Of a stretch of DNA of 64,000 nucleotides, positions 42,215 to 58,100 are shown piece by piece. The translations under genes were made by a program, and so were the position numbers. The notes under the pieces were generated by a model, which made no database searches, was not told the DNA's origin, and worked only from the letters and a program-made list of their open reading frames with translations. The stretch comes from an uncultured Nitrospinota bacterium (GTDB lineage Bacteria; Tectomicrobia; Entotheonellia; J063; CAVPRW01): positions 1-64,000 of the forward strand of contig CAVPRW010000001.1 in assembly GCA_963707985.1 (NCBI GenBank). Reading direction: 5' to 3'. The stretch's first letter is position 1, and every line of letters begins with the position of its first letter.

Positions 42215-42682
42215 ATGAACGAATCTGGCAATGTGGCTGAGAGAGTGGCACTGAGTCAAACAGAGAAAGATGCAGCCAGACAGTTTCTGACGCACCTTAT
42301 CGCGACGTTCCATGCCCGTATCAACCTACTGCTTGTGGCAGAGTCGTTGCTACTTGCCGCAATGTCGCAAGTGTGGGGTTCACGTGAACTCGGAATCATC
42401 ATGACTCTCTGCGCCCTTGGGGTGGTTCTCACGATTCTGCTTTGGGATCCGCTTCGTGTTCTATCCACGCGCACCGCGGCCGTGGCTAGGCTACTTCAAG
42501 AAGATGATCTGTATCAGGCCTACATCAAAGGGAGTTCGAGGCGCCTTCAACAGACTCATCGGCTGGCAAACTGGGTGCCGGTGGTTTTCCTTTCCTGCTG
42601 GTCTATCATCGCTGCGCTGGCCGTCCTGCGGGCACTTGGTATCTGCAAAGCACTCACCAGTGCACTGCCAGTCGGCGCCTAA
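42215..42682 (+). CDS. small multi-TM membrane protein
   Basis: AGGAG RBS; about three hydrophobic segments; stop lies in GCCTAAC. Confidence 0.75.
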   Translation: MNESGNVAERVALSQTEKDAARQFLTHLIATFHARINLLLVAESLLLAAMSQVWGSRELGIIMTLCALGVVLTILLWDPLRVLSTRTAAVARLLQEDDLYQAYIKGSSRRLQQTHRLANWVPVVFLSCWSIIAALAVLRALGICKALTSALPVGA

Positions 42683-42754
42683 CCACCGGCTGCAGCCGAC
42701 GCCTTCCAGCATCCGCTGCGGTCCCGCCTCCAGGCGCGGCTGAGCCGCAGCGTT
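42677..42754 (+). other. attC interrupted after GTT by a group II intron
   Basis: GCCTAAC...CAGCCGACGCC/GGCGCGGCTGA...CGTT | resumes AGTGTG at 44789. Confidence 0.85.
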
Positions 42755-44788
42755 GTCGCGCCAAGCAAAGCTTGGCGTCTCTTGCAAGGTGAACGTCCGT
42801 GTCGGGTCAGGGCGAGCCACCCACCCGTCGCGAGTCTTGCGCCCATGGCGGAGCCGTGGACACACGGCGAACCAGATGGGCGAAGCGTCGACAGCGAATC
42901 CTGGAGGCCGCAGGGGTGACCGCGCACCCTGAAGTGCTGGTACAGCTTCGAACAGGCGCTTGTGGCGGACGCCGAGGGTGTTCACGCACACCGAAGGCGA
43001 CACACGAGCCTCCATGTTGGCAAGGATGTGAAGGTCCGCCGGCGTCCTCAGGCCGTGGCAGGCCGGAAGAGAGGCGCACAAGCACGTGGGAAGCCCCAGC
43101 CGCTCCTGGGGGGAGGACACCACAGCCGTATGGTCGACAGCTCCTGAGGCACGGAAGGGGACACCCGGACACAGAACCCTGCGGGAACCTGGGCTCTGCG
43201 GTGGCACCCAGGCCAGGCCAGCGGAGACGTCTCGTCATCGGGACCACCCGCGGCATGCTCCTGGGGTGTCTGATCATGCCTAGGACTCTGAGGGAGGGAA
43301 AGCCGACGACATGGGGAAGGACATGACGGAAGTACGCCGCCCGCACAGGACACTTCTGCCGGACACGGTCGGATCGGACCACCAGCAGCCAACCTCCCTG
43401 CAGGGCCTAGCCCACAACGCGACAACCGACCAGCAGCCCCGCTGTCGGGATCTGTACGGGTGCCTGGATGCAGACCTGTGACTCGACGGCTGGGGGGACC
43501 TGAATACGCAGGCCGCCCGTGGGGTCGATGGCCTGACGGCCCAAGCCTACGCCGTCAACGTACAGGCCCACATCACGGCATTGGCGCAGCGCCTGCAAGG
43601 AACACGCGACCGGGCCACACGGGTCCGGCGCTGTGACATACCGCAGGAAAACGGCGCCGAAAGGCCGTGAGGGATTCCCGCACTCGCAGACACACGGGTG
43701 CAATTGGCCGGCGCGAAGCTGTTGACGGCAATCGATGCACAGGACTTTCTGGATGGTCGCGACGGCGATCGCCCCGGACGGGGGGCGTTGGATGCGGTCC
43801 GTGACCTCACCTTCGACCGGCCATACGGAACGTCTGGCGACGTGGTGGAGGCCGATGTCAAAGGCGTCTTCGACCAACGGGACCACACGAGGCGCTTGAC
43901 CATGGTGCGCGAGCGCATCGATGACCGCGCCTTTCTGCGCCTGATTCGGAAATGGCTGAAGGCTGGTCTTCTGGAGACCGACGGCCTGGTCGTGCCTCCA
44001 GAGACCGGCTCGCCCCAAGGCGGAGGCCTCTCACCTGTCCTGGCACACGTGTATTTGCACGATGCCCTGGACCGGTGGTGTGAGACAGTCGTCAAGCCCC
44101 ACTGTCGCGGCGGGGCACGGTTGTGCCGCGACGCCGACGACGGGGTCTGCGCCTTCCGCGACCAAGACGACGCAGAACGGTTCTCTCGGGCGCTCCCAAA
44201 GAGGTGAGCGCCGTGCAACCTCCAGGTCGCTCCCGACAAGACCCACCTCCGGCGCTTCAGTCGCTTTCAGCCGAGCCTGCGGCGACGCTTCACGTGTCTG
44301 GGATTCGAGCGGTACTGGAGGCCAGATCGCCAAGGCGTGCCACGTGTCAAGCGGCGTACCGCGCGCCAGAAGCTCCAGGCGGCGTGCCGTCGGATCACGG
44401 CATGGATCACCCAGCACCGGCACCTGCCGGGACGCGCGTGCTACCGGCACTTGAACAGCCGGCTGCGAGGCCACTACACCTACGACGGTCTGCAAGGCAA
44501 CTCCCGCTCCCTGTCCCGCTTTTTTGAGCGCGCTCTGCGCTGTACGTTTAACTGGCGCCATCGGCGCGGGGGACAGCGGCAGCGTTTGACCTGGGAGCCG
44601 TTCACCCAGGCCTGGGACCGGATAGGGAGAGCCCGGCCGCGCATGACGGAGGTCAAACAACGGAGGGTGTTCGCGTGACGACAACGCTTTGCCCCGCGGA
44701 TGCGAGGACAACCGAGGAACCGGATACGGGAAAACTGTACGTCCGGGACTGCACGGGGGGTGCCGGGTAACCGGCATTCCTACCGTAG
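42755..44788 (+). mobile_element. group II intron (class E-like) with degenerate RT (43323-44678)
   Basis: Domain V GAACCGGATACGGGAAAACTGTACGTCCGG; domain VI ...CCTACCGT; RT motifs EADVKGVFD, LIRKWLKAG, GSPQGG, RDADD (YADD), RLRGHY; ends uncertain by a few nt. Confidence 0.85.
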
Positions 44789-44808
44789 AGTGTGAACAGG
44801 GATCAACC

Positions 44809-45351
44809 ATGCCAAAATGGTTGGGTGGAAGCGCACTGAATCCTGACGAGACAGTCAAGCCGGGAAACCAATGGATGGGACAGCTCGCTAGAGTTAGACG
44901 GTGGTATGACCGTGTCCAATCATTGCAGAGGAAGAGCGAGACTGAGCAATTAACGGCCTATGACTTTGATACGCTTATTGCGTTCTTCCAGAATTGCTAC
45001 CACCTTAGGGACTGGCTTGAAGTGGCAAGGCCCGAATTGAAGAATGACATAAAGATATTGTTTGAGAACAATTTTGAGATGGGTGCGTGTCGTGATATTT
45101 GTCATGGTTTCAAGCACAAGGATTTGCGAAGGCCGTCTCTTGACGCAGATTTCAATCTTTACCGTGAATATGACGGTTTTGCGGCTGAAGCGGATGCAAG
45201 AAAAAACCCAGAAGTCTACAATGTTGCTTTTGCCGACGGCAACGATATCAGAAAATTCAACGTCTTTGATCTGGTAGACAAATGTGTTGATCTTTGGATC
45301 GATTTCCTCCAGAAGCACAGCTTGGTGCGCATCGCCGGCACTACACGCTAA
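44809..45351 (+). CDS. hypothetical protein, possibly HEPN-like
   Basis: FFQNCYHLRDWL and CRDICHGFKH motifs; AT-rich cassette. Confidence 0.7.
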   Translation: MPKWLGGSALNPDETVKPGNQWMGQLARVRRWYDRVQSLQRKSETEQLTAYDFDTLIAFFQNCYHLRDWLEVARPELKNDIKILFENNFEMGACRDICHGFKHKDLRRPSLDADFNLYREYDGFAAEADARKNPEVYNVAFADGNDIRKFNVFDLVDKCVDLWIDFLQKHSLVRIAGTTR

Positions 45352-45399
45352 CAAAGCGCTCAAGCGGACGCGGTAACCCGCGCGGCTCATGCTTCGCGT
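45346..45399 (+). other. attC interrupted within GT|T by a group II intron
   Basis: CGCTAAC...AGCGGACGCGG/CCGCGCGGCTCA...CGT | TCGGC resumes at 49617. Confidence 0.85.
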
Positions 45400-50016
<4,617 letters not shown>

Positions 50017-50094
50017 GTTGGTGGGCGTGAGTCACTAGAAATCGAGAAGGCAATCAGATAATATGATCCTCAGTTTTTGCATGGAGGATCTCTG

Positions 50095-50373
50095 ATGGCG
50101 CAAACACTCTCGGTGACCGAGGCGGCACGCCACTTCGCGGAGTATATCAACCGTGTCGTCTATCGTGGCGAGTCTTTTGTACTCGTACGAGGCAGCAAAC
50201 CCATTGCGGAGCTCCGGCCCCTCCCTGCGGGGAGACGGCTCGCGGAACTCCCCGCGCTGTTAGCGTCGCTGCCTCATCTCTCTGCAACCGACGCTATACA
50301 GCTTGCCGATGACCTCACGGCAGCACGGGAGGCGCTGGCCCGTGAGGAGGTCCGGGATCCGTGGCAGTCTTGA
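50095..50373 (+). CDS. Phd/YefM-family antitoxin
   Basis: LSVTEAARHF...RV...GE...RGSKPIAELRP. Confidence 0.88.
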   Translation: MAQTLSVTEAARHFAEYINRVVYRGESFVLVRGSKPIAELRPLPAGRRLAELPALLASLPHLSATDAIQLADDLTAAREALAREEVRDPWQS

Positions 50374-50774
50374 TCGATGCCAGCATCCTGATCGAGCACG
50401 AACGCGGTCGTCTTGATCTGGCGCCGCATCTTGCACATCGCCAGCAGGAAGAGTTCTTTATCTCAGTCGTGACGGCGAGCGAACTCCTCCATGGGGTCTA
50501 TCGCGCGGTACAGCCCGAAGTCCGGGCGAAGCGCTCCGCCTTTGTCGAAGCCATTCTGGAGCGTTTTCCCCTGCTGCCAGTCGATGTGGCGACCGCCCGG
50601 GCCCATGCGCAGGTGTGGGCGGAGCTGGCAGCAGCGGGCAAGATGATTGGGCCGCATGATCTATGGCTGGCGGCCACCTGTCTTGCACACGGCCTTACCA
50701 TGGTCACCGCCAACCTCCGCGAGTTTACCCGGGTTCCAGGATTGGCAGTTGAGGTGTGGGGAGGCCCTCCCTAG
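50361..50774 (+). CDS. VapC/PIN-domain toxin
   Basis: LIDASILI, SVVT.SEL..G, IGPHDLWLAAT, VTAN.REF.RVPGL. Confidence 0.92.
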   Translation: MAVLIDASILIEHERGRLDLAPHLAHRQQEEFFISVVTASELLHGVYRAVQPEVRAKRSAFVEAILERFPLLPVDVATARAHAQVWAELAAAGKMIGPHDLWLAATCLAHGLTMVTANLREFTRVPGLAVEVWGGPP

Positions 50775-50787
50775 CGTGTCCAGCTGC

Positions 50788-50869
50788 ACCGAACAAAGCG
50801 CTGCAGCCGACGCCCTCCAGCGTCCGCTCCGCGCCCGCTTCCGGGCGTGGCTGAGCTTTCGCGTTCGGC
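50788..50869 (+). other. attC
   Basis: ACCGAAC...CAGCCGACGCCC/GGGCGTGGCTGA...GTTCGGC. Confidence 0.9.
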
Positions 50870-50910
50870 GACGGGGAATACACGGATACGATTTCTACCA
50901 GGAGGTTGTT

Positions 50911-53163
50911 ATGTCTGTCTACATCTCTCCATTCGCCGCATCAGGTTCCCATTGCCTGAATTTCAAGCTGTGCGTAGAGAGTAGCCCCCAATCCCAGCCG
51001 TTGCAGGATGTCGTCCTGTAGCCTCGATAAGGATGTGAGCCGACGTAGACTGTCCTCTCCGGCCGCAGTCTTGATGATCGTCAGTGAGATGTCCGCAAAC
51101 GCGTTCAGAATCCGCTCCGCCGTGGGCTGGTCAGTCATCTTTGTCTTGTGTTCCGGGTGCAAGCCAGGGAGTTTGGTTTGATCTGTCTGCAGAGACCGCC
51201 GCAGCACACACTCCATGACTGTCAACACGCGGACACCGAGCGTCAGCAGGTACGTGAGGCCCGCGATGTGGTCGTTGAGCTTGACACACAACGGCGCGAT
51301 AGGCACGCGGCTCTTGAGGCGGTTGAAGATACGTTCGACACGGTATGCGTGGCGATAGCATAACACCGCCTCCTGCACAGACAGCGGCTGCGGAGTCGCA
51401 TGCGTGACAAAGGCCTTCCAGCCAAAACGTTGACGGAGAGCGGCGATGGTGTCTGCCTGGCGAGCGATGTGCGTCATGTGGTCGCGGGTGTTCTCGAGCC
51501 CCCGCTTCTCACGGTGCACAGAGCCGCGTCCCCGGCCTACATATGGGGAGGTCTGCTCGACCTGCTTTGCCCAGGTCACGCTGAGCAACCCGTCCACCCG
51601 ATGCGCTTTGAACACGAGGGCAATCGCCTCCACGAGCGTCGCTGCGTCAGTGATGTGCCGTTTGCCCCGCCCTCTCGGGGGCGTCAGGGTTGCCAGTTTG
51701 GTCTCCGCATGGCACAGACGTGTTTCCAACCCAGCGGCCTGGTGCTCTGCATGCATGGGGGAGCGCACCATCAATACCCGTTCATGCCCTGCCGCGGCGT
51801 CCCCGGCAGCGCCCGGCGCCTCACAGGTCCGCTCCAACGCATCGCCTTCGGCCGCCAGCACCTGGTGCCCACGGTCGTTGGTACGCACTAGGCGTGCTCA
51901 CTCGCCCCTCTCGCCTGGCGTCACCCCCGCGGTGCCCCAGGCGTCCATGGCCGCCGCCGTGGCCCCGGTCAACGGCACCGGCGACACGTACAAGTCCTGG
52001 GGTCTCGCCAGAGACGCACGAGTGTCCAACGCGCTCATCTGACCATCGCCGACAAACAACAGACCGCTGGTCTGCAAGCCGGTCCGGAGACGCTCCATGA
52101 TCGGTATGTATCAGCCATCATCGGCGCGTTCACCCGACAACACAGCCGTCGCCAGCGGCATCCCCAAGGGGTCCAACGACCCCATCATCACGTTGATCTG
52201 GGGCCGCGTCGGATCATCTTTGCGATGGCCGAACTGTACCAGGCCCTCTTCTGTGACCTCGTGATCACCCGACACCGTGGTGGCATCACAGCGGATCACG
52301 TCCTGAGACAAGTCGTCAACTTCAATGCTACGTGCATTCAGGTCGCGCTCTATCGGGTGCCAATAGGCCGGCTTGCTCAAGTGTTGCAGCCGATGGCTGA
52401 ACCGATCATCACGAAAATCCAGCGGCTCGATGACCTGCGCAGTCAGGTGGCTCAGGGTGTGGTGCATGCCCTTGAGGTAGGTTTCCACCGACACTTTCCG
52501 GGGGTCGCCTTCCGTGACGATAGAGGCCAGCCAGATCACGGCGGTCCACCCCCAACTGAGCCCCCGTTGCGTCCAATGGTGCGGGATATGCCGGTCCAAG
52601 ACCTCCGGCAAGCCCATCTTGACCATCTGCCCGATGAGTAGGGCCACATCGTCGACCCGCTCGGTGATCATCACCAAGTCACTTTGCCCAAGGATTGCCT
52701 GCGCTTGTTGCGCCAGTTGCACTCTCATGCCATCCTCCTCTCCCACGCTGGAACTGCTCGGAAGAGAGCATAGCAACTGCACGTCATGGGCTCAAAGGCT
52801 AGGCGACCCAAAGCTCAGGCCCCCGGAAATGAAGCTTTTGGACTTTTTGTACGGCGAATGGGGAGCTACATCATGGCTTTCGTGGATATTCATGACCGCA
52901 CGCGCTTTGCCCAGGACTATGTACCTCCCATCGCCTCGACCCTGGAGCTTTTTGGCGGGCGCGTCGTCGCGGCGTCTGACGAACCCACGACTCTCGAGGG
53001 CAGCGTGCCGCCAGGGCGCACGGTGCTCCTGGAGTTCCCGGATCTTGACAGCGCCCGTCGGTGGTATGCCTCCGACGAATATACGCCGCTCCTTGCCCTC
53101 CGCAAGTCCATTTCCACGTCGTCAGCCGTGTTGCTTCCGGGCGGTTTCACGCTCCACGACTGA
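50911..53163 (+). pseudogene. DUF1330-domain cassette gene split by IS
   Basis: AGGAGG + MSVYI | MAFVD...FGGR...LEG...VLLEFPD..SARRWYASDEY. Confidence 0.85.
50925..52865 (-). mobile_element. IS1634-family insertion sequence with degenerate transposase (~50941-52728)
   Basis: IRs CTCTCCATTCGCCG / CGGCGAATGGGGAG; 6-bp target duplication CTACAT; ERVDD, DATT, FGH.KD, SGERADD, ERIFNRLK. Confidence 0.88.
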
Positions 53164-53319
53164 CCAGCACGCGCTGTGGGGTGCCGCTTCCTCATGCAGC
53201 CGGCAGAGGGGGACACGGTCCCTGGTAAGGAGGCAGCACAGGTGTCAGGAACCGCTCCTCCAGTGAGCCGTGAGCAGAGGGAACGGCGGGCGCGGGCCGG
53301 GGCTGCGGCGCAGATCGAG

Positions 53320-53401
53320 GCTGAACAAGGGCATGGAGCCGACTGCCGGAAGCCTACGCTGCGCTCCGGCTTCCGGCAGCAGCTCATGCCTGACGTTTGG
53401 C
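53320..53401 (+). other. attC
   Basis: GCTGAAC...GAGCCGACTGCCGGAAGCC/GGCTTCCGGCAGCAGCTCA...GTTTGGC. Confidence 0.88.
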
Positions 53402-53444
53402 CTCTTCCGTGTGCGGTGAAGCAGCAGAGTGAATAGCATTGCCT

Positions 53445-53771
53445 ATGACAACGGTAATTTTACTCGTGATCTCGAATATCTTCATGACCCTTGCGTGGTA
53501 TGGACATCTGAAGCTGAAGACCAAGTCACTGCTGTTGATGATCCTGATGAGTTGGCTCATCGCGCTGCCGGAGTACACGTTCCAAGTACCCGCAAACCGC
53601 ATCGGTTCGGAGACGTTCACGATCACACAACTCAAGATCATGCAAGAGTGCATCACCCTCGTCGTGTTCACTGTCATCGTCTACTTGCTCTTTGGCGAGC
53701 GTCCATCGTGGAACATCTTCATCTCGTATCTCTTCATCATGGGTGCAGTCTATTTCGCATTTCGAGGCTGA
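53445..53771 (+). CDS. DMT-family (DUF486-like) small membrane protein
   Basis: SNIFMTLAWYGHLK, SW.IA..EY.FQVPANRIG, QLKIMQE. Confidence 0.9.
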   Translation: MTTVILLVISNIFMTLAWYGHLKLKTKSLLLMILMSWLIALPEYTFQVPANRIGSETFTITQLKIMQECITLVVFTVIVYLLFGERPSWNIFISYLFIMGAVYFAFRG

Positions 53772-54253
53772 GATGGCATCAGGACCGCGGACAAAGACAC
53801 GCCGACCGGGTGACGCTGTTGGCTTCTTCGTGCCTGAGGCAGTGTTCCATACAGGGGCGGGGTGTGCGCGGCGCACGTCACCGGCGCGGAGCAGCATGAG
53901 AGCCGTAGGTGGTCGGGAAACACGATTTCCTGTCAGAGGCGGCGCCAGGACGATCCGACGGTTGAGCCTGCGGATCACCGGGGGTGGGCGCCCACCCGAC
54001 TGGTCGGCGTCGGGTGCCGGCCTCCATCGAGGGACGCGTGTGCCTCGGGGTCGCGTCACGTCGTCGAGGATTGCCCCATCCCGGGGCGGCACCTCTGCCG
54101 CTGGCGGGTGGCGAGTGCGGTGAGACGCCGTTCCGGGCCAAGCAGGACTCGGTGGTGACGGGAGCCGGGGGACCGCTGGGGCCCTGGCCCCCCTCCAGCC
54201 TACCCCTCGGCAGTCATTATGTCTAGACGGTCAGAGAGAGCGAGGAGAACGTG

Positions 54254-54676
54254 ATGGAACCACGCCATGTGTTTTGGGAGGTCGTGGAAGGTCGAAGACC
54301 GTATGGGCCAGACGCGCAAATCCTCGGGGCCAGGATCGTTGAGGCCGTGCCTGGTTCTGGCCGCATCACCGTCGAGTTTGACGGCCAGGCGTTCCCGACG
54401 CAGGTGCTGGGTCATGTGAGCGGTGGCTTTATCGCCGCCATGCTGGACTTCACGGCCAGTCGAGCGCCCGCCACCACGTTCGAGCCGAATGAGTATGGTC
54501 CGTCGCTCGAACTCAAAGTCAGTTTCATTCGAGCTGCCTATGTGGGCAAGTTTCGAGGCATTGGACGCACACTCCATCGCACCCAGTCCATTGCATTCAC
54601 GGAAGCGGAGCTGCGCAACGAAGCGGGAGAGCTCATCGCCACCGCTTCTTCGACGCTTCGCATCATTCGTCAGTGA
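54254..54676 (+). CDS. PaaI-family thioesterase
   Basis: GHVSGGFIAAMLD, SLELKVSFIR, LIATASST. Confidence 0.85.
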   Translation: MEPRHVFWEVVEGRRPYGPDAQILGARIVEAVPGSGRITVEFDGQAFPTQVLGHVSGGFIAAMLDFTASRAPATTFEPNEYGPSLELKVSFIRAAYVGKFRGIGRTLHRTQSIAFTEAELRNEAGELIATASSTLRIIRQ

Positions 54677-54682
54677 GTGCCC

Positions 54683-54786
54683 GTCTAACACGCCAATGCA
54701 GCGGACGGGGGAACAGCGGTGGTGTGCAACATGGTGGTCTGGTCGCAGTTTGGTCGCAGTGCGGCCCCCGCCGCTGGGCGTGAGCG
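54683..54786 (+). other. terminal degenerate attC
   Basis: GTCTAAC...CAGCGGACGGGGG/CCCCCGCCGCTG, then a shortened right arm GTGAGCG. Confidence 0.7.
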
Positions 54787-55141
54787 ATAGAAAACAAACT
54801 TATCGCGGACGCGGTCCTCTTGCTCGCAAGCTTCCACACCTTCCACCACACCGGCACACAGCGCTGCCGGAAAGGCTCACACGCGTGTCGATAGACTCGA
54901 CCTCACCTCGCCGATAAACCTGGGTGATAGTGATCATCAAAACGCCATGCGAGCAGGGCTTCACCGCAACTGAGCTTTGTCCCCCATACATCTCTGGCAA
55001 CAGCGGCCGCATACTGGTACGTTTAATTCTGAGAGGTATGAGCGCCAAGTTTCCCGAGAGCGTTGACTCAGCGATGTCACCTAGCGTGACACTGATGTCG
55101 TCGTATGAGAGCGGCTGGGTCCGAGGGGAGGAGTGTGAGCG

Positions 55142-58100
55142 GTGATGGCAACCGACAGTACCAAGAGCATGGACCTGATCGGGATTGTCGAACGGGAGTT
55201 GGATGTCGACGGCCGGCGATGGTCGTTGATCATGGCGGATGTTCTGGCTCCAGGATTGTTCGATGAGGCAGGCGCCATCACGGCTGAGGCGCATCGGGGC
55301 ATCGCTGATTACGTGCGATGTGTCCCACCGCACCAGGTGGCGCGGGCACGTCTGATCATCGGTGACTTTCATGTGCTGGCTCTCGTGCTGCCTGAGACGC
55401 GAACGTGTCGGCTGTACACGCCTGGTGCAGCGCAGGAAGCCTTTCTGCTGACGCTGTCGGACGATGCCGCACTGCAGGCGCATGTGGACGTCCTCGGGCA
55501 ATATCCTCCCACGTTCACGACCATCGACCAGGTGACCGTGACCTCTCACTTGGTTGATCTCCCCTCTTCCAGTACGCCAGTGGGGGGACACGCGCGAGCT
55601 GTATGGGAAACCAAGGTCTACCAAGAGGTCGAGAAGTTGGTCCGCCTGACGGAGACCTACAGACCGACGCCGGTCGAGCGCTTGCAAAACTGGTTTCTGC
55701 GGGTGACCACGGAGCATACGCCTCTACTACACCAGGTACTGCGCTTCGTCGCCGTCCTCCCCAGCCTGCGCTATGATCAGTCACACCGTGAGATGGTACG
55801 CGCCCTTCATGAGAACGTCCGTTTGCTGCAACGCACACTGACGGTGCAACTCGATCGCCACCGTTGGCGCGATCGACTCCTGGCACTGGTGGCCCGTGTC
55901 ATCGCGCTTGCTGCTGGAACGTTACCCCCTCGCATCACCGTGGCATTGGTCGATCGTGCTGTGGCACTGATCGCGACGCGGTTCATCCTACCTGATACCC
56001 CGGCCGAGGTGTCGGCGCGACTAGAAGACCTCACACGCCTGGGACGCGATGCCAGCCTGGATCAGCTAGGCGAGCTGGTGCTCACTCAGCAGGAGGCCGA
56101 GCGCTATGCCGATGCCGTCATGCGGCTGATCGATCTCACCGCGACGCACTCTGGTAGCTCGGTGGACTGGCGGACGGTCAATGCCGCTGGCATTCCACGG
56201 GCGCAGGTGTCGGTGAAACTGTCTGCCCTGTCCACACATTTCAACCCGATTGCGCCGCAGGCCACGGCTGAGGAGATGCGCCAGCGCCTGAGCCGCATCC
56301 TACAGCATGCCAAGCGCCGGGGGGCGTTCATCTGCTTCGATGCCGAGCATTATGCCTACCGCGACCTCGCCGTGCATATTCCAGCACTGGTGCTGGCCGC
56401 GACACCGGAGTTGGACGACTTCCACGATTTCGGCTTTGTCGTGCAGGCATATCTGCAGGATGCGGTCTCCTTTGTTGAGCATGTCACCACCCTCGCCCGG
56501 CAGCGTGGCCACCGCATCCAGGTGCGTCTGGTCAAGGGGGCCTACTGGGATGCGGAAACGACCGAAGCGGTGGCTGAAGACGTCCCGGCCCCAACGTTTT
56601 GGAATAAGGCGGAGACGGACATTCATTTCCAGCAGCTGGTCTTGTTGATCCTGGAACGATCGGACGCCCTGGCCCTGGCGGTGGGATCGCATAACCTGCG
56701 CGAACATGCCTTCGCCGAAACCGCCCGCACCCACCTGTATCCACTCGCCCCAGTGATCGAGCACCAGGTCCTCCACCGCTCGGCCGAAGGGCTGGCGCGG
56801 GCGCTGGCGCGAGCGGGATGGGTGACGCGCGACTACGTGCCGGTGGGGGATCTCCTGCCTGGGATCGCCTACCTAGTCCGGCGTATTCTGGAGAACTCGT
56901 CGCAAGTGGGCATCCTGGCTCAAAGCCGTGAACAGCTCTCAGCAGAGACTATCGCCACCGACCCGGCGCGTGTTCTCGCCGAGATACTCACTCAGGGGAC
57001 ATACGCCTGGGACCCCGCCGTGCAGGCGACGCATGGAGACTTCCGGCCATCCTCTCCAGTCCGCCTGCATGCGCCTGCCGAGCGGGAGGCCTTCGCCACC
57101 GCGCTGGATTCGACTAAGGTTCACAGTCCAGCATTCGTTACGCCTGCAGACGTACCCCAGATGGTGCAACGAGCCATGCAGGGAGCTGAAGCGTGGGGTG
57201 CCTGCCCACCGGAGGCACGGGCGACCGTACTGATCCGTGCCGCTGAGCTCATGCGCGCCCAACGGCTAGCCCTCGGGGCTTTGATCGTACGGGAGGGCCG
57301 TAAAGTCTGGACCGAGGCGCTCGCGGATGTGGATGAGGCGGTCGATTATCTCCGGTTCTACGCCCGCAGCGCCATACATTGGCATTCCGTCCTGGGTGAT
57401 CGCCTGCAGCCCGTCGGGATCGCGGCCGTCATCGCACCGTGGAATTTCCCTCTGGCCATTCCGTGCGGGATGACCGGGGCGGCCCTGGCGGCAGGGAACG
57501 CCGTCCTGTTGAAGCCAGCGGAGCAAACGCCAGCCATCGCTGCGGCGCTGACGACATTGCTGCATACGGCTGGCATACCCCCTGAGGCCCTGATCTTCGT
57601 CCCCGGCGATGGTCAGGTCGGAGCCGCGCTGGTGGCGGACTCACGGGTGGACCTCATCGCCTTCACGGGTTCCTGGGAGGTGGGCGCGCAGATCTTCTAT
57701 TCCTCCGCACGAGTACCAACCCGGCGGTTGCGTCGAGTCATTGCCGAGACCGGGTCGAAGAACCCCATCGTCGTCACCGCCACGGCAGATATGGATAGTG
57801 CCATCGAGGGCATCCTACGGTCGGCCTTTGGGCATGCCGGCCAGAAGTGCTCGGCCGGCTCACGCATACTCGTGGATATACGCCTGGCTCTGTCATTGGC
57901 TGAACGGTTTGGTCAGGCGGCCATGGGACTACGCCTGGGCCAAGCTGAAGATCCTGCGACACAGCTCAATCCTGTCATTACTCCGTCGGAGGCCGCACGC
58001 CTCCGTGCAGCCGCCGCACGAGCCGCCGCCGAGGTTCAGGCCACGGGCGGGAAGGTCGTGGTCGACGCCACAGCGAGTGTCGACAGTCCTGATCTGGTGG

